From an uncultured Gemmatimonadales bacterium (lineage in GTDB: Bacteria; Gemmatimonadota; Gemmatimonadetes; Gemmatimonadales; Gemmatimonadaceae): DNA of 64,000 bases. The notes under the pieces are model-generated. The model ran no database searches and was not told the DNA's origin. It worked only from the letters and a program-made list of their open reading frames with translations. The stretch lies in assembly GCA_963707505.1 (NCBI GenBank), contig CAVPQB010000006.1, positions 640,001-704,000 of the forward strand. Direction: 5' to 3'. A program made the position numbers and the translations under genes. Positions 52,465 to 60,807 of the stretch are shown here, one piece after another. Numbering within the stretch: the first letter of the stretch is position 1; each line of letters starts with the position of its first letter.

Positions 52465-53304
52465 TCAGTGACGTGGCGCCGGAAAGCCGGGAATCCGGCC
52501 GACATTATACGTGAGTCCCGCGTACGCAGCATTGCCTCCCATGTGCTGCACGTTCAGGATCACTCCCGCATCGAACACTAGCCACGGTCGGACTTGCAGT
52601 GTGGGACCCGCGAGGAAGCCAACTTGCGGCGGCGCGCCCGACGCTCCACTGGTCCCCGGATAAGTAAATAGCTCGACGACCGCGCCCACAGGGCCGTGAA
52701 TCGGCGCACCGAAAGATGCGGTGAGGAGCGTGGCGTCGATTGGAGCCGTAGTTCCATTGCCCGAGCGGCGCGTGTAACCCGCATTCAGATCGAGCTCTCC
52801 GCTACCGATCGGGCGGCTGGAGATAGCCAGCAGCGATACATCAGTTGTCCCGGTACTGATTCCGTCCGATCCGGTTGCGAACTTGATCGACCCCTGTACC
52901 GAAAAATCATGCACGAGAGGCGCGGCATCCAGCACACGTTGCTTGAGTGCTATCGCCATATCACTCGCACCTGCATCGCTGGTACGTGGTGGCCCTTGCG
53001 TGATATTGCGTGCGTAACCGCCCTGCAGTTCCAGCTGCAGACGCGGAACAATGCCGAGTTTGATGACCACCGGAATGGAGAATTGCGAACTGGATCTGGG
53101 CTGCATGTCTTGCGCGCCAATTTCAACCTCGAGATATCCCGGCGCGACTGTGTACGCGTGCGTCGCCACTGTAGGCCGCTCTGGCTGCGCGGCGTGCGGA
53201 TCGGTCGCGACGGTCTGGCCGGATACATGAATCGGCGCCAGCATCGTGAGCCATGCCAGGCATATGGCGCTGGCCGATCGTGGATACGCCTGGGCTCGCT
53301 TCAT
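52465..53304 (-). CDS. Outer-membrane beta-barrel of the Phenol_MetA_deg/transporter type
   Basis: Signal peptide, QPERPTVATHAYTVAPGYLEVE, GASD..IALK, C-terminal YAGLTYN. Confidence 0.65.
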   Translation of the reverse strand: MKRAQAYPRSASAICLAWLTMLAPIHVSGQTVATDPHAAQPERPTVATHAYTVAPGYLEVEIGAQDMQPRSSSQFSIPVVIKLGIVPRLQLELQGGYARNITQGPPRTSDAGASDMAIALKQRVLDAAPLVHDFSVQGSIKFATGSDGISTGTTDVSLLAISSRPIGSGELDLNAGYTRRSGNGTTAPIDATLLTASFGAPIHGPVGAVVELFTYPGTSGASGAPPQVGFLAGPTLQVRPWLVFDAGVILNVQHMGGNAAYAGLTYNVGRIPGFPAPRH

Positions 53305-53464
53305 CACAGCTGTCCCGATTCTACGGTGTAATTGCGCGACCGACTTGCACGAGTGACCTGACGCAGCGGCGACATGAAATCCAGAGCCTGGATAGTTTTG
53401 TGAAGGAGACCGACTCATCCAGTCGTTCTGCATCAAAAGTACAGCTCACAATCCGGGGGCACCA

Positions 53465-53662
53465 TTGCAGACGACATCGGTACTTACCTGTCCCGAATGC
53501 GCCCGCGCCGAGGCGTTGGAGATGCCGACCGACGCATGCGTCTTTTTCCACGAGTGCGCAGGCTGTGGGAAAGTGCTTCGTCCCAAGGCGGGTGACTGCT
53601 GCGTTTACTGCTCGTACGGATCGGTGCCGTGTCCGTCCATGCAGTCACAACGTACCCGTTAG
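53465..53662 (+). CDS. GDCCVxC domain small metal-binding protein
   Basis: LTCPEC...MPTDAC..FHECAGC..LRPKAGDCCVYCSYGSVPCP. Confidence 0.9.
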   Translation: MQTTSVLTCPECARAEALEMPTDACVFFHECAGCGKVLRPKAGDCCVYCSYGSVPCPSMQSQRTR

Positions 53663-53696
53663 CGGGGTCAACTTCGACACGTCAGACCGAGCTGGC

Positions 53697-54533
53697 TTAC
53701 CGGGGCATCTTCCTACCGGTGAGCGAGTACGCTTCCTCCTCCCACGGTTGATGCTTGTACGGAATTTCAGGGGTGATTAGCTGGGCAAGCGCGGGAATGA
53801 GCAGGCCAACGTCCAGATGGCGTGTAAAGCGACCACCAAGCTGCGTCTGCTCCAGAAGTCCGCGCTCGATCGGCAAGCCGATCGCGTCGTTGGCGAAGTC
53901 CTCCTGCAGAACGTGAATCGTTTCGTGAGCGAGTACATCAGCCCGCAGACGTCGGCTTGGCCCAAGTGCATCGGGTGCAAGCCGGATCGTACCGAGTCCC
54001 TCGGCGCCAGCGAGCTCGAATTTGCCCGACTCACCAAAATGCCAACGCCGGTCGCGATAAACCGGCGCGCCGGCTTGCAGCGATCGGGAAAGATCCAGGC
54101 GTGTATTGGGAGACATCATCAGACCGATGGTCGATATGCTTTCGGCGACATTCAGGCGCCAATCCAGCTGCCGGTTGGGCAGAATTACAATCGTCGCAGG
54201 ACCAACCGGAAGCAGATACACCACGGTTGAATCGCCGCCAGCCGCAACGAGCGAAATTCCCACGCCCGACAGCTCTCGTCCTACAAATCCCGCGCTCTGA
54301 AATCGAAAGTCAACAACCTGTTTTCCAGCAGCTATGACGAGGCCGCCAACCGAGCCACGTCGCACGCCTGTCCATACCGACGTGTGATGCATTGTCGCGG
54401 AGAGTGCGCCGGCAACTCCTCCAATTGCAACGTTCACGAGAGCATTTGATGCGCGCGAGTGCATCGGCACCTGCGCCCTGACCTGTGCAGCGCCGATCAA
54501 CGACGCGAGAGCGATCGGGGCTGCGAGGCGCAT
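53697..54533 (-). CDS. Hypothetical secreted/membrane protein with HExxH motif
   Basis: Signal peptide; LAHETIHVLQ and PWEEEAY suggest a zincin-like site. Confidence 0.6.
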   Translation of the reverse strand: MRLAAPIALASLIGAAQVRAQVPMHSRASNALVNVAIGGVAGALSATMHHTSVWTGVRRGSVGGLVIAAGKQVVDFRFQSAGFVGRELSGVGISLVAAGGDSTVVYLLPVGPATIVILPNRQLDWRLNVAESISTIGLMMSPNTRLDLSRSLQAGAPVYRDRRWHFGESGKFELAGAEGLGTIRLAPDALGPSRRLRADVLAHETIHVLQEDFANDAIGLPIERGLLEQTQLGGRFTRHLDVGLLIPALAQLITPEIPYKHQPWEEEAYSLTGRKMPR

Positions 54534-54697
54534 CGGCAAATGGACAAAAAGTCTCACGCTACAAGTTCCCGCCGATCGCATCGATGTGGTGAACAAAATT
54601 TCACTGTGCGAATCTGGACAGTGCTGCCAGTGCGCACTAATATGGGCGCACCGGCGCCCGATCGCGTCACGGCGGTCATCCCCAACAGGAGCATAGT

Positions 54698-56308
54698 GTG
54701 TACGCAAGACCAGGGAACCAGCGGCTCGTCACATCCGTGTGCCTCGCGCTTCTGGTCGCGGCATGCGGTGGTGGTGGTGACGGACCGACGGCGCCTGGTC
54801 CTGGTCCCAGCCAGCCCGCTCGCAATGCGCCCGGCGTGCATGCCGTGCTCGGGGCTGGTATTACCGACACCATCGATGCGCAGCCTTTACAGGCGCTCGT
54901 CGTCGAGGTGCGGGGTCCTGACGGACAGCTGGCAACCGGAGCCGTCGTTCGGTTCCAGGCACAACCGCCTGCCGACACGACGCGCCGGAATGAACCCGCG
55001 GTGTCCGTATGCGCACTCACCGCACCGACGTGCGGGCAGTCTGGCTCCGTCTCGCAGTTTACGACTGATACCACGGATGCCCAGGGGCGCGCCAAAGCCA
55101 GTGTGAGGCTGGGACACGTTGCTGGCCGAGCCGTGGTGCAGCTGACCGTGCCGGAATTCGGAATGGAGGATTCCGCGACTTTCACTGTCCTGCCAGGAGT
55201 GGCCGCGCGCGTGCGCGCTCTGGCCACCGATACAGCGCTGGCCATCGGTGCCACAGCGAACCTGCGCGGCCACGTCGTGGACCGTTACAATAACAGCCGT
55301 CCGGAAACCGCCGTTCTCTCCGCGGGTCCCGGCAACGCGCTGACGATCGATGCCACTACTGGCGTTGTTACAGGTCGAGACATGGGTACTCAGTGGGTGT
55401 TCATGCACGCCCTGCAGTCCTCCGTTGACTCGACGAGGGTGCGTGTACTGCCAAGCGGGCGGCTGGTGGTATGGTCATCCAATGAGGCCGCGGTGCGACT
55501 CGTGAACTTGGATGGCAGCGTGCCGCGCACCCTCGTTACCAGCGTCGCGAGCGATCTGGGCGCTTTCCCGCGCTTCGACGCGGCGCGGAAGGCCATCACA
55601 ATGCATGACGGGTCACAGTTCAATGGCGGGGCGCCGAATAGCGTGATCGTGATCGACACGACCGGATCACCGCGTCGCGATGTCGGACCCGCTGTCGGGT
55701 TCGCTACCGTCATCGCAACTCGGCAACTTGCCGATGGCACGCTGCTCGTCGTGGGAAGTACCGTTGCGGGCGCGCCATGCGCGGGGTTTGCGCTATATCG
55801 CGTCGCGGCGGACAATTCACTTACGTGCGTGGCCGCCCTTCCGGGATTGGGCGCCACCTATGGCGCCGCGGACATCTCACACGACGGCACGCGCGTCGCA
55901 TATGTCGGCACCGATGCTTCGCGGCCATCCTCGTCGTTCGAGCTGCGCGTCCTCGACGTTGGCACCGGCGCGACGACAGTGCTCGAGCCCACTGCCAGCA
56001 CACCTCGCTGGTCTTCAAAGGACGATCGCGTGGCGTACCTCGTACCCAATCCGGCTGTATACAACGGCATCGATGGCTCGGCGGTGATCATCAATGCGGA
56101 TGGAACCGGACGCCAGACGTTGGGCACCTTCATCTTCAGTCCGGGCCTCGCGTGGTCGCCCGACGGAACGTACATCGTTGGGCGGAACAGCGGAACGTCT
56201 GACACTGCGCTGCGCGTGATACGCATCAGCGACGGCGCTGATGTGCTGCTGCGATTCCGGACCGCCACGGGTACTACTGCGGATTACTACCAGCCCGACT
56301 GGCGCTGA
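54698..56308 (+). CDS. Lipoprotein with Ig-like domains and TolB-like beta-propeller
   Basis: LVAAC-GGGGDGPTAP, TTDAQGRA, ISHDGTRVAY, PRWS, AWSPDG, QPDWR. Confidence 0.78.
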   Translation: MYARPGNQRLVTSVCLALLVAACGGGGDGPTAPGPGPSQPARNAPGVHAVLGAGITDTIDAQPLQALVVEVRGPDGQLATGAVVRFQAQPPADTTRRNEPAVSVCALTAPTCGQSGSVSQFTTDTTDAQGRAKASVRLGHVAGRAVVQLTVPEFGMEDSATFTVLPGVAARVRALATDTALAIGATANLRGHVVDRYNNSRPETAVLSAGPGNALTIDATTGVVTGRDMGTQWVFMHALQSSVDSTRVRVLPSGRLVVWSSNEAAVRLVNLDGSVPRTLVTSVASDLGAFPRFDAARKAITMHDGSQFNGGAPNSVIVIDTTGSPRRDVGPAVGFATVIATRQLADGTLLVVGSTVAGAPCAGFALYRVAADNSLTCVAALPGLGATYGAADISHDGTRVAYVGTDASRPSSSFELRVLDVGTGATTVLEPTASTPRWSSKDDRVAYLVPNPAVYNGIDGSAVIINADGTGRQTLGTFIFSPGLAWSPDGTYIVGRNSGTSDTALRVIRISDGADVLLRFRTATGTTADYYQPDWR

Positions 56309-56374
56309 AGCGGCGCGTTTGCGTCGCATAACTGCGCGCTACTCCCGCGTCACTTTCAACATATATCCCACCCG

Positions 56375-56393
56375 GGGGCTTGCGGCAAGCCCG
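56375..56393. promoter_or_regulatory. Palindrome resembling the rifamycin-associated element (RAE)
   Basis: GGGGCTTGC-G-GCAAGCCCG (perfect 8-bp arms), about 65 nt upstream of a Rox-like gene; RAE match is from memory. Confidence 0.65.
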
Positions 56394-56457
56394 GGGCCTC
56401 GTCGCAGATTCGTTGGCCGAAGCCAAAACCTTATCTGCGGAAAGCGAGGCACTAGAC

Positions 56458-57957
56458 ATGACTGAACATGCGGTGGTGATTGCCGGAGCCGGCCCGACTG
56501 GACTGATGCTGGCGGGCGAACTCGCGTTGGCCGGCGTCGACGTCGCGATTGTCGAGCGGCGCGCGAGCCAGGAGCTCGCCGGTTCGCGTGCAGGCGGTCT
56601 GCAGTCGCGCACGATCGAGGTGCTCGATCAGCGTGGCATTGCGGATCGGTTTCTTTCGGAAGGACAGATCGCGCAGGTCGGAGCGTTCGCGTCGGTAAAG
56701 TTGGACATCAGCGACTTTCCCACGCGGCACCCGTATGGGCTCGGGCTGTGGCAGAACCACATCGAGCGCATCCTCGCCGGCTGGGTAGATGAGCTGAATG
56801 TGCCGATCTATCGCGAACGCGAGGTGACGGGATTTGCGCAGGACAATACCGGCGTCGCCGTTCAACTGTCCAACGGCGAGTCGCTGCGGGCGGAATACCT
56901 TGTCGGGTGCGATGGAGGACGCAGTGTGATCCGCAAGACAGCCGGCATCGAGTTCCCCGGATGGGATCCGACGATGAGCAGCCTGATCGCCGAGGTCGAG
57001 ATGACCGAGCAGCCGGAATTGGGCGTCCACCGCACGGCCGCGGGCATGTACGCGTTCGGCAAACTGGAGTACGAGATCCGCGATGGCGAGATCATCTACA
57101 AGGATGGCGGGTCGATACGCGTAATGGTGCCCGAACCGCATGTAGGGAGCACCAGCGAACCAACGCTTGGCGATCTCAGCGCGGCGCTCATCGCCGTATG
57201 CGGGACGGATTACGGATTGCGCAGTGCCACGTCGATCTCCCGATTCACCGACATGACGCGCCAGGCCGCAACTTACCGCGACAGACGCGTGCTGCTGGCC
57301 GGAGACGCCGCGCACGTGCACTCGCCAGTGGGGGGACAGGGCCTCAACACCGGTGTGCAGGACGCGGTGAACCTTGGATGGAAGCTGGCCCAGGTCGTCA
57401 GGCGGACATCACCGGCAACACTGCTGGATACTTACCACGCCGAGCGCCATCCTGTCGGGGCACGCGTGCTGCGCACCACGATGGCACAAGTTGCGCTGCT
57501 CCGCACGGACGACCGCACCACGGCATTGGGCGATGTCGTCGCCGAGCTGCTCAGGATGGACGAGCCGCACAAGCGGTTCGCAGCGAGGATGTCCGGGCTG
57601 GACATCCACTACGACTTTGGGCCGGGGCACCCGCTGCTCGGACGCCGCATGCCCGATCTCGATCTGGTCACCGCCAACGGCACGTTGCGCGTCTTTACCC
57701 TGTTGCACGATGCTCGAGCCGTGTTGCTCAACCTCGGTGAGTCCGGCGGCTTCGACATCACTCCATGGGCGGATCGGGTGCAGTTGATGGACGCCAAGTA
57801 CGATGGTGTGTGGGAGCTTCCGGCCATTGGGGCGGTCACGGCGCCCACCGCAGTTTTGATCCGGCCTGACGGATATGTGGCGTGGGTGGGAGAGCTGACG
57901 CAGGTGGGACTCGTTGACGCGCTAGCCACCTGGTTCGGAACAGCGGACGCGGCGTAA
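56458..57957 (+). CDS. Group A FAD-dependent monooxygenase, rifampin monooxygenase (Rox)-like
   Basis: GAGPTGLMLAGEL, VGCDGGRS, SRFTD.TRQA..YR, LAGDAAHVHSPVGGQGLN, LLDTYHAERHPV, HPLLGRRM, LIRPDG, WFG. Confidence 0.85.
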   Translation: MTEHAVVIAGAGPTGLMLAGELALAGVDVAIVERRASQELAGSRAGGLQSRTIEVLDQRGIADRFLSEGQIAQVGAFASVKLDISDFPTRHPYGLGLWQNHIERILAGWVDELNVPIYREREVTGFAQDNTGVAVQLSNGESLRAEYLVGCDGGRSVIRKTAGIEFPGWDPTMSSLIAEVEMTEQPELGVHRTAAGMYAFGKLEYEIRDGEIIYKDGGSIRVMVPEPHVGSTSEPTLGDLSAALIAVCGTDYGLRSATSISRFTDMTRQAATYRDRRVLLAGDAAHVHSPVGGQGLNTGVQDAVNLGWKLAQVVRRTSPATLLDTYHAERHPVGARVLRTTMAQVALLRTDDRTTALGDVVAELLRMDEPHKRFAARMSGLDIHYDFGPGHPLLGRRMPDLDLVTANGTLRVFTLLHDARAVLLNLGESGGFDITPWADRVQLMDAKYDGVWELPAIGAVTAPTAVLIRPDGYVAWVGELTQVGLVDALATWFGTADAA

Positions 57958-58018
57958 TGACGTCGCTGCAGTGGCGGACCACGAGTATCGTGACTGCCGT
58001 CGTCGCCACACGTACATT

Positions 58019-58768
58019 ATGACGATGCCAAGCCGCCATTCATCCATCATTGCACCACTCGTACTCGCGACGTTTCTGGCTCTGGGCTGTGCTACAAGCA
58101 CAGCTACCAACGGGACGACTGCTGATCACACGGTCAACGATGTCAACACGCCTCGCAGTTCCGCGGCCATCCTGCTCGACCCGACGGATCCCGAGTGGCG
58201 GCGCGCGGCGCCCGCCAGGTCGCATCTCCGCTTCGAGACGACCAAGGGGGTGTTCGTGCTCGAGCTGGTGCGCGCGTGGGGACCCATCGGCGCGGACCGC
58301 CTCTACAACCTTGCTCGGCTCGGCTACTACGACGATGCGCGCTTCCATCGCGTCGTACCCGGTTACATCGTGCAGTGGGGGATCAACGGAAGCCCGGCAG
58401 TCAACGCGGCGTGGAAAGACCAGCAGATCGTCGACGATCCACCCCGCTCGCACAACGTGCGTGGCACGTTCGCTTTCTCGCAGTTTCCGCCGGGGCCGGG
58501 TCATGCGAATACCCGCAACACGGAGATCTACATCAACCTCCGGGACAATCCGCGCAGCGACGCCGAGCCGTTCACGGTGCTGGGGACGGTGATCGAGGGG
58601 ATGAACGTCCTCGACAGCCTGTATTCAGGCTACGGCGAGAAGTCAGGCGGCGGTGTGCGGCAGGGCAAGCAGGGTCCGCTGATGGATGGAGGGAATGCGT
58701 TCATGGATCGGGAATACCCGCGGCTTGACCGGATATTGAGCGTGACGGTGACGCCGGTAGAGCGCTGA
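58019..58768 (+). CDS. Cyclophilin-type peptidyl-prolyl isomerase lipoprotein
   Basis: Lipobox ALGC; FETTKG, FHRVVPGYIVQWG, NVRGT, IYINL.DN, GTVIEGM. Confidence 0.88.
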   Translation: MTMPSRHSSIIAPLVLATFLALGCATSTATNGTTADHTVNDVNTPRSSAAILLDPTDPEWRRAAPARSHLRFETTKGVFVLELVRAWGPIGADRLYNLARLGYYDDARFHRVVPGYIVQWGINGSPAVNAAWKDQQIVDDPPRSHNVRGTFAFSQFPPGPGHANTRNTEIYINLRDNPRSDAEPFTVLGTVIEGMNVLDSLYSGYGEKSGGGVRQGKQGPLMDGGNAFMDREYPRLDRILSVTVTPVER

Positions 58769-58868
58769 GCGAGCGGCCTACGCCGCAGATTCGTGTGGCA
58801 CTTAGATCGCATGTTGCAACACCGGGAAAACACAGCCGGTGCGGTGTTGAACGACTGCTCCACCAAAG

Positions 58869-59750
58869 TCACGTTGAGTGGATCGCGTTATCCGCTGCGT
58901 GCGCCGCATGAGTAGTTGCGGCGCCTCTCCATGCACCGATCGTGTTGCCGCGCTCGTTAGTGTAGTAACCCTGAATGGTGTAGAGCCCCGGGTTTGTCGG
59001 CGGACCCCATTTCAAGAGTATCCACGCTTCCAGGTCGCCATTTTCCTCGCCATCGTCAGCAACCCAGCCCTGACCGGGAACCTTGTCGGTGGCGGCTTCG
59101 GCTAATTCGTGAGCGTAAACGGCGGTGAAATCCCCGATCAATCCGCCACATCCCTGACACTTGGTAGAGGGAAGCACCGCGTACGCGACGGACGTGCCCA
59201 CATGGGTGAAGGCATCATGGTAACCGCAAAACGAATCACACGACTTGGATCCGTCGCTGTCGAACTCGGACGTCACGCCGTTCGGCAGAATCAGCATGAA
59301 CAACGAGTTGTCGTCAGCGTGCAGGATACCGGCATCGATGAGCTGTGCAACCGTCTGCTGAGCCTGGGAGTCCTTGAAGATTTTCTGTCCTTTTAGTGAA
59401 GGACCGTCGATGGAGCCGAGATACTTTCCCGACCCGGTTCCGTAGTGGAGTTGGTGGAGAGGATCGAGATAGCCGTTCTCCACGATCGCCTTGCTGAATC
59501 CCTCGACGAAGGCACGATTGCCCCAGAACGGGCCGAGATACACGTTCGTGGTATGCGGTTCCCCGATTTGACTCCCGGCGACGTTGTGAAATCCCTTGGC
59601 GCCCCCCGGCCCGGTTGGCGTCTGCAGCGGCCTGTTCGCCAGATCGGCGGCGTCGTCGTCGTGCAAGAGGTGCGGCCTAACGGAATTGCGCGTCGGCACG
59701 ATCTGAACGACGTTCCGCGGACCGATGCCAACCAGAGGATTCCGTGACAT
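58869..59750 (-). CDS. Hypothetical protein, Phi-1/EXORDIUM-like
   Basis: GGAGG RBS; FCGYHD, YAVLP, HELAEAATD, W...DGEENGD. Confidence 0.6.
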   Translation of the reverse strand: MSRNPLVGIGPRNVVQIVPTRNSVRPHLLHDDDAADLANRPLQTPTGPGGAKGFHNVAGSQIGEPHTTNVYLGPFWGNRAFVEGFSKAIVENGYLDPLHQLHYGTGSGKYLGSIDGPSLKGQKIFKDSQAQQTVAQLIDAGILHADDNSLFMLILPNGVTSEFDSDGSKSCDSFCGYHDAFTHVGTSVAYAVLPSTKCQGCGGLIGDFTAVYAHELAEAATDKVPGQGWVADDGEENGDLEAWILLKWGPPTNPGLYTIQGYYTNERGNTIGAWRGAATTHAAHAADNAIHST

Positions 59751-60084
59751 TGCAGCCTCCTGATCTATCGCCGGGTTATCCGACCTTTATGTCGCAGCAA
59801 GCCGCAAATGTCAGGAAGCGGAAACGCTGCGCGCGGGACTCAGGGTCGGAGATGACAGCTGCATCAAGAATCGTGCGTTACGCAATCAGCTTGAGCACTT
59901 TGACGAACGGCTTCGAGGACCAACACGACTTTTGGATCAGCCTTCGGGGCTCACGTCATTGCCATCGCTATTCGACCCGGAAGATCCGCGGGCTACCTCG
60001 AAACACTAGACGGCGCAGTTACAGCTGTATTCGGTTAAGTGTGGAACCGGTGGTCGGCGATCGACCAGGAGACTTAGGGATCCA

Positions 60085-60783
60085 TTAGGGGAGCCCCGTC
60101 CGCGCAAGACTACGGCCGTTTCGCCGACTCATGCCGTGAATTACATCGCTCGGCTTCGGGTGCGCACCTCGCTCTAGCGAGTCACGGACGGGGGCGCAGA
60201 GGAAGGCCGCGACCAGGGATCGCGGTATTACACTCGTCCGGTCGCGGACATATACGTCACGAACGAACTCCACCGTATCCACGTGGACGCGCACGGCGAT
60301 GCTATCCGGCATCGCATCAGTAACGGGATCGCTGAAGTAGACTCGCCCGCCCGCGGCCCAGTATCGGCCCTCGCTCGGTCCCCCATCCAGCGTGTTCGGC
60401 ACTCGTCCTGTGGAGTCGACTAGATCGGCGCAGCTCATAATCTTATAGATCCTGTCCGGCGTCAGGTACAGCCAGCCGGCGAGGACACGCTCGTATGAAT
60501 CGTAGGCTCCGCGCGGTTTGAGATCAGCTGGAAGTGGCACACCTTTGGCCAGCCGGAGCACATAGACGCCCGGTTCGGGGAGGCGCACCGACTGTGGCCT
60601 CGACTGTGGTACTGCTCGGGACACCGACTGGGGCTGGTCGACGGCCCCAGTCGGTGCTTGTGTGGTGGCTGGCGGGCGGCACGACGAGAGGAATATGAGC
60701 GATCCGAGCAATCCGCCAATCGCTCGTGCAACACTCCGACGCGTCGCTGTCCCAGTGAGCCACATCGCATTGCTCCTCATCAT
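60085..60783 (-). CDS. Hypothetical lipoprotein
   Basis: Lipobox LSSC after a hydrophobic segment; 24 nt downstream of the protease gene. Confidence 0.55.
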   Translation of the reverse strand: MMRSNAMWLTGTATRRSVARAIGGLLGSLIFLSSCRPPATTQAPTGAVDQPQSVSRAVPQSRPQSVRLPEPGVYVLRLAKGVPLPADLKPRGAYDSYERVLAGWLYLTPDRIYKIMSCADLVDSTGRVPNTLDGGPSEGRYWAAGGRVYFSDPVTDAMPDSIAVRVHVDTVEFVRDVYVRDRTSVIPRSLVAAFLCAPVRDSLERGAHPKPSDVIHGMSRRNGRSLARTGLP

Positions 60784-60807
60784 ATGCCAAACCCACTCAA
60801 CGACAGG

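Noticed and set aside
53465..53662. Possible selenoprotein (GDCCVxC family includes Sec members)
   Set aside because: All Cys positions are TGC/TGT and the stop is TAG; no in-frame TGA
58796..58811. Sigma54-like TGGCACTTAGATCGCA on plus strand
   Set aside because: Lies between convergent gene ends with no plus-strand gene downstream; likely chance, antisense RNA not excluded
59751..60084. Possible mobile-element scar or ORF 59744-60088
   Set aside because: No terminal repeats, transposase or integrase motifs; ORF composition is not protein-like
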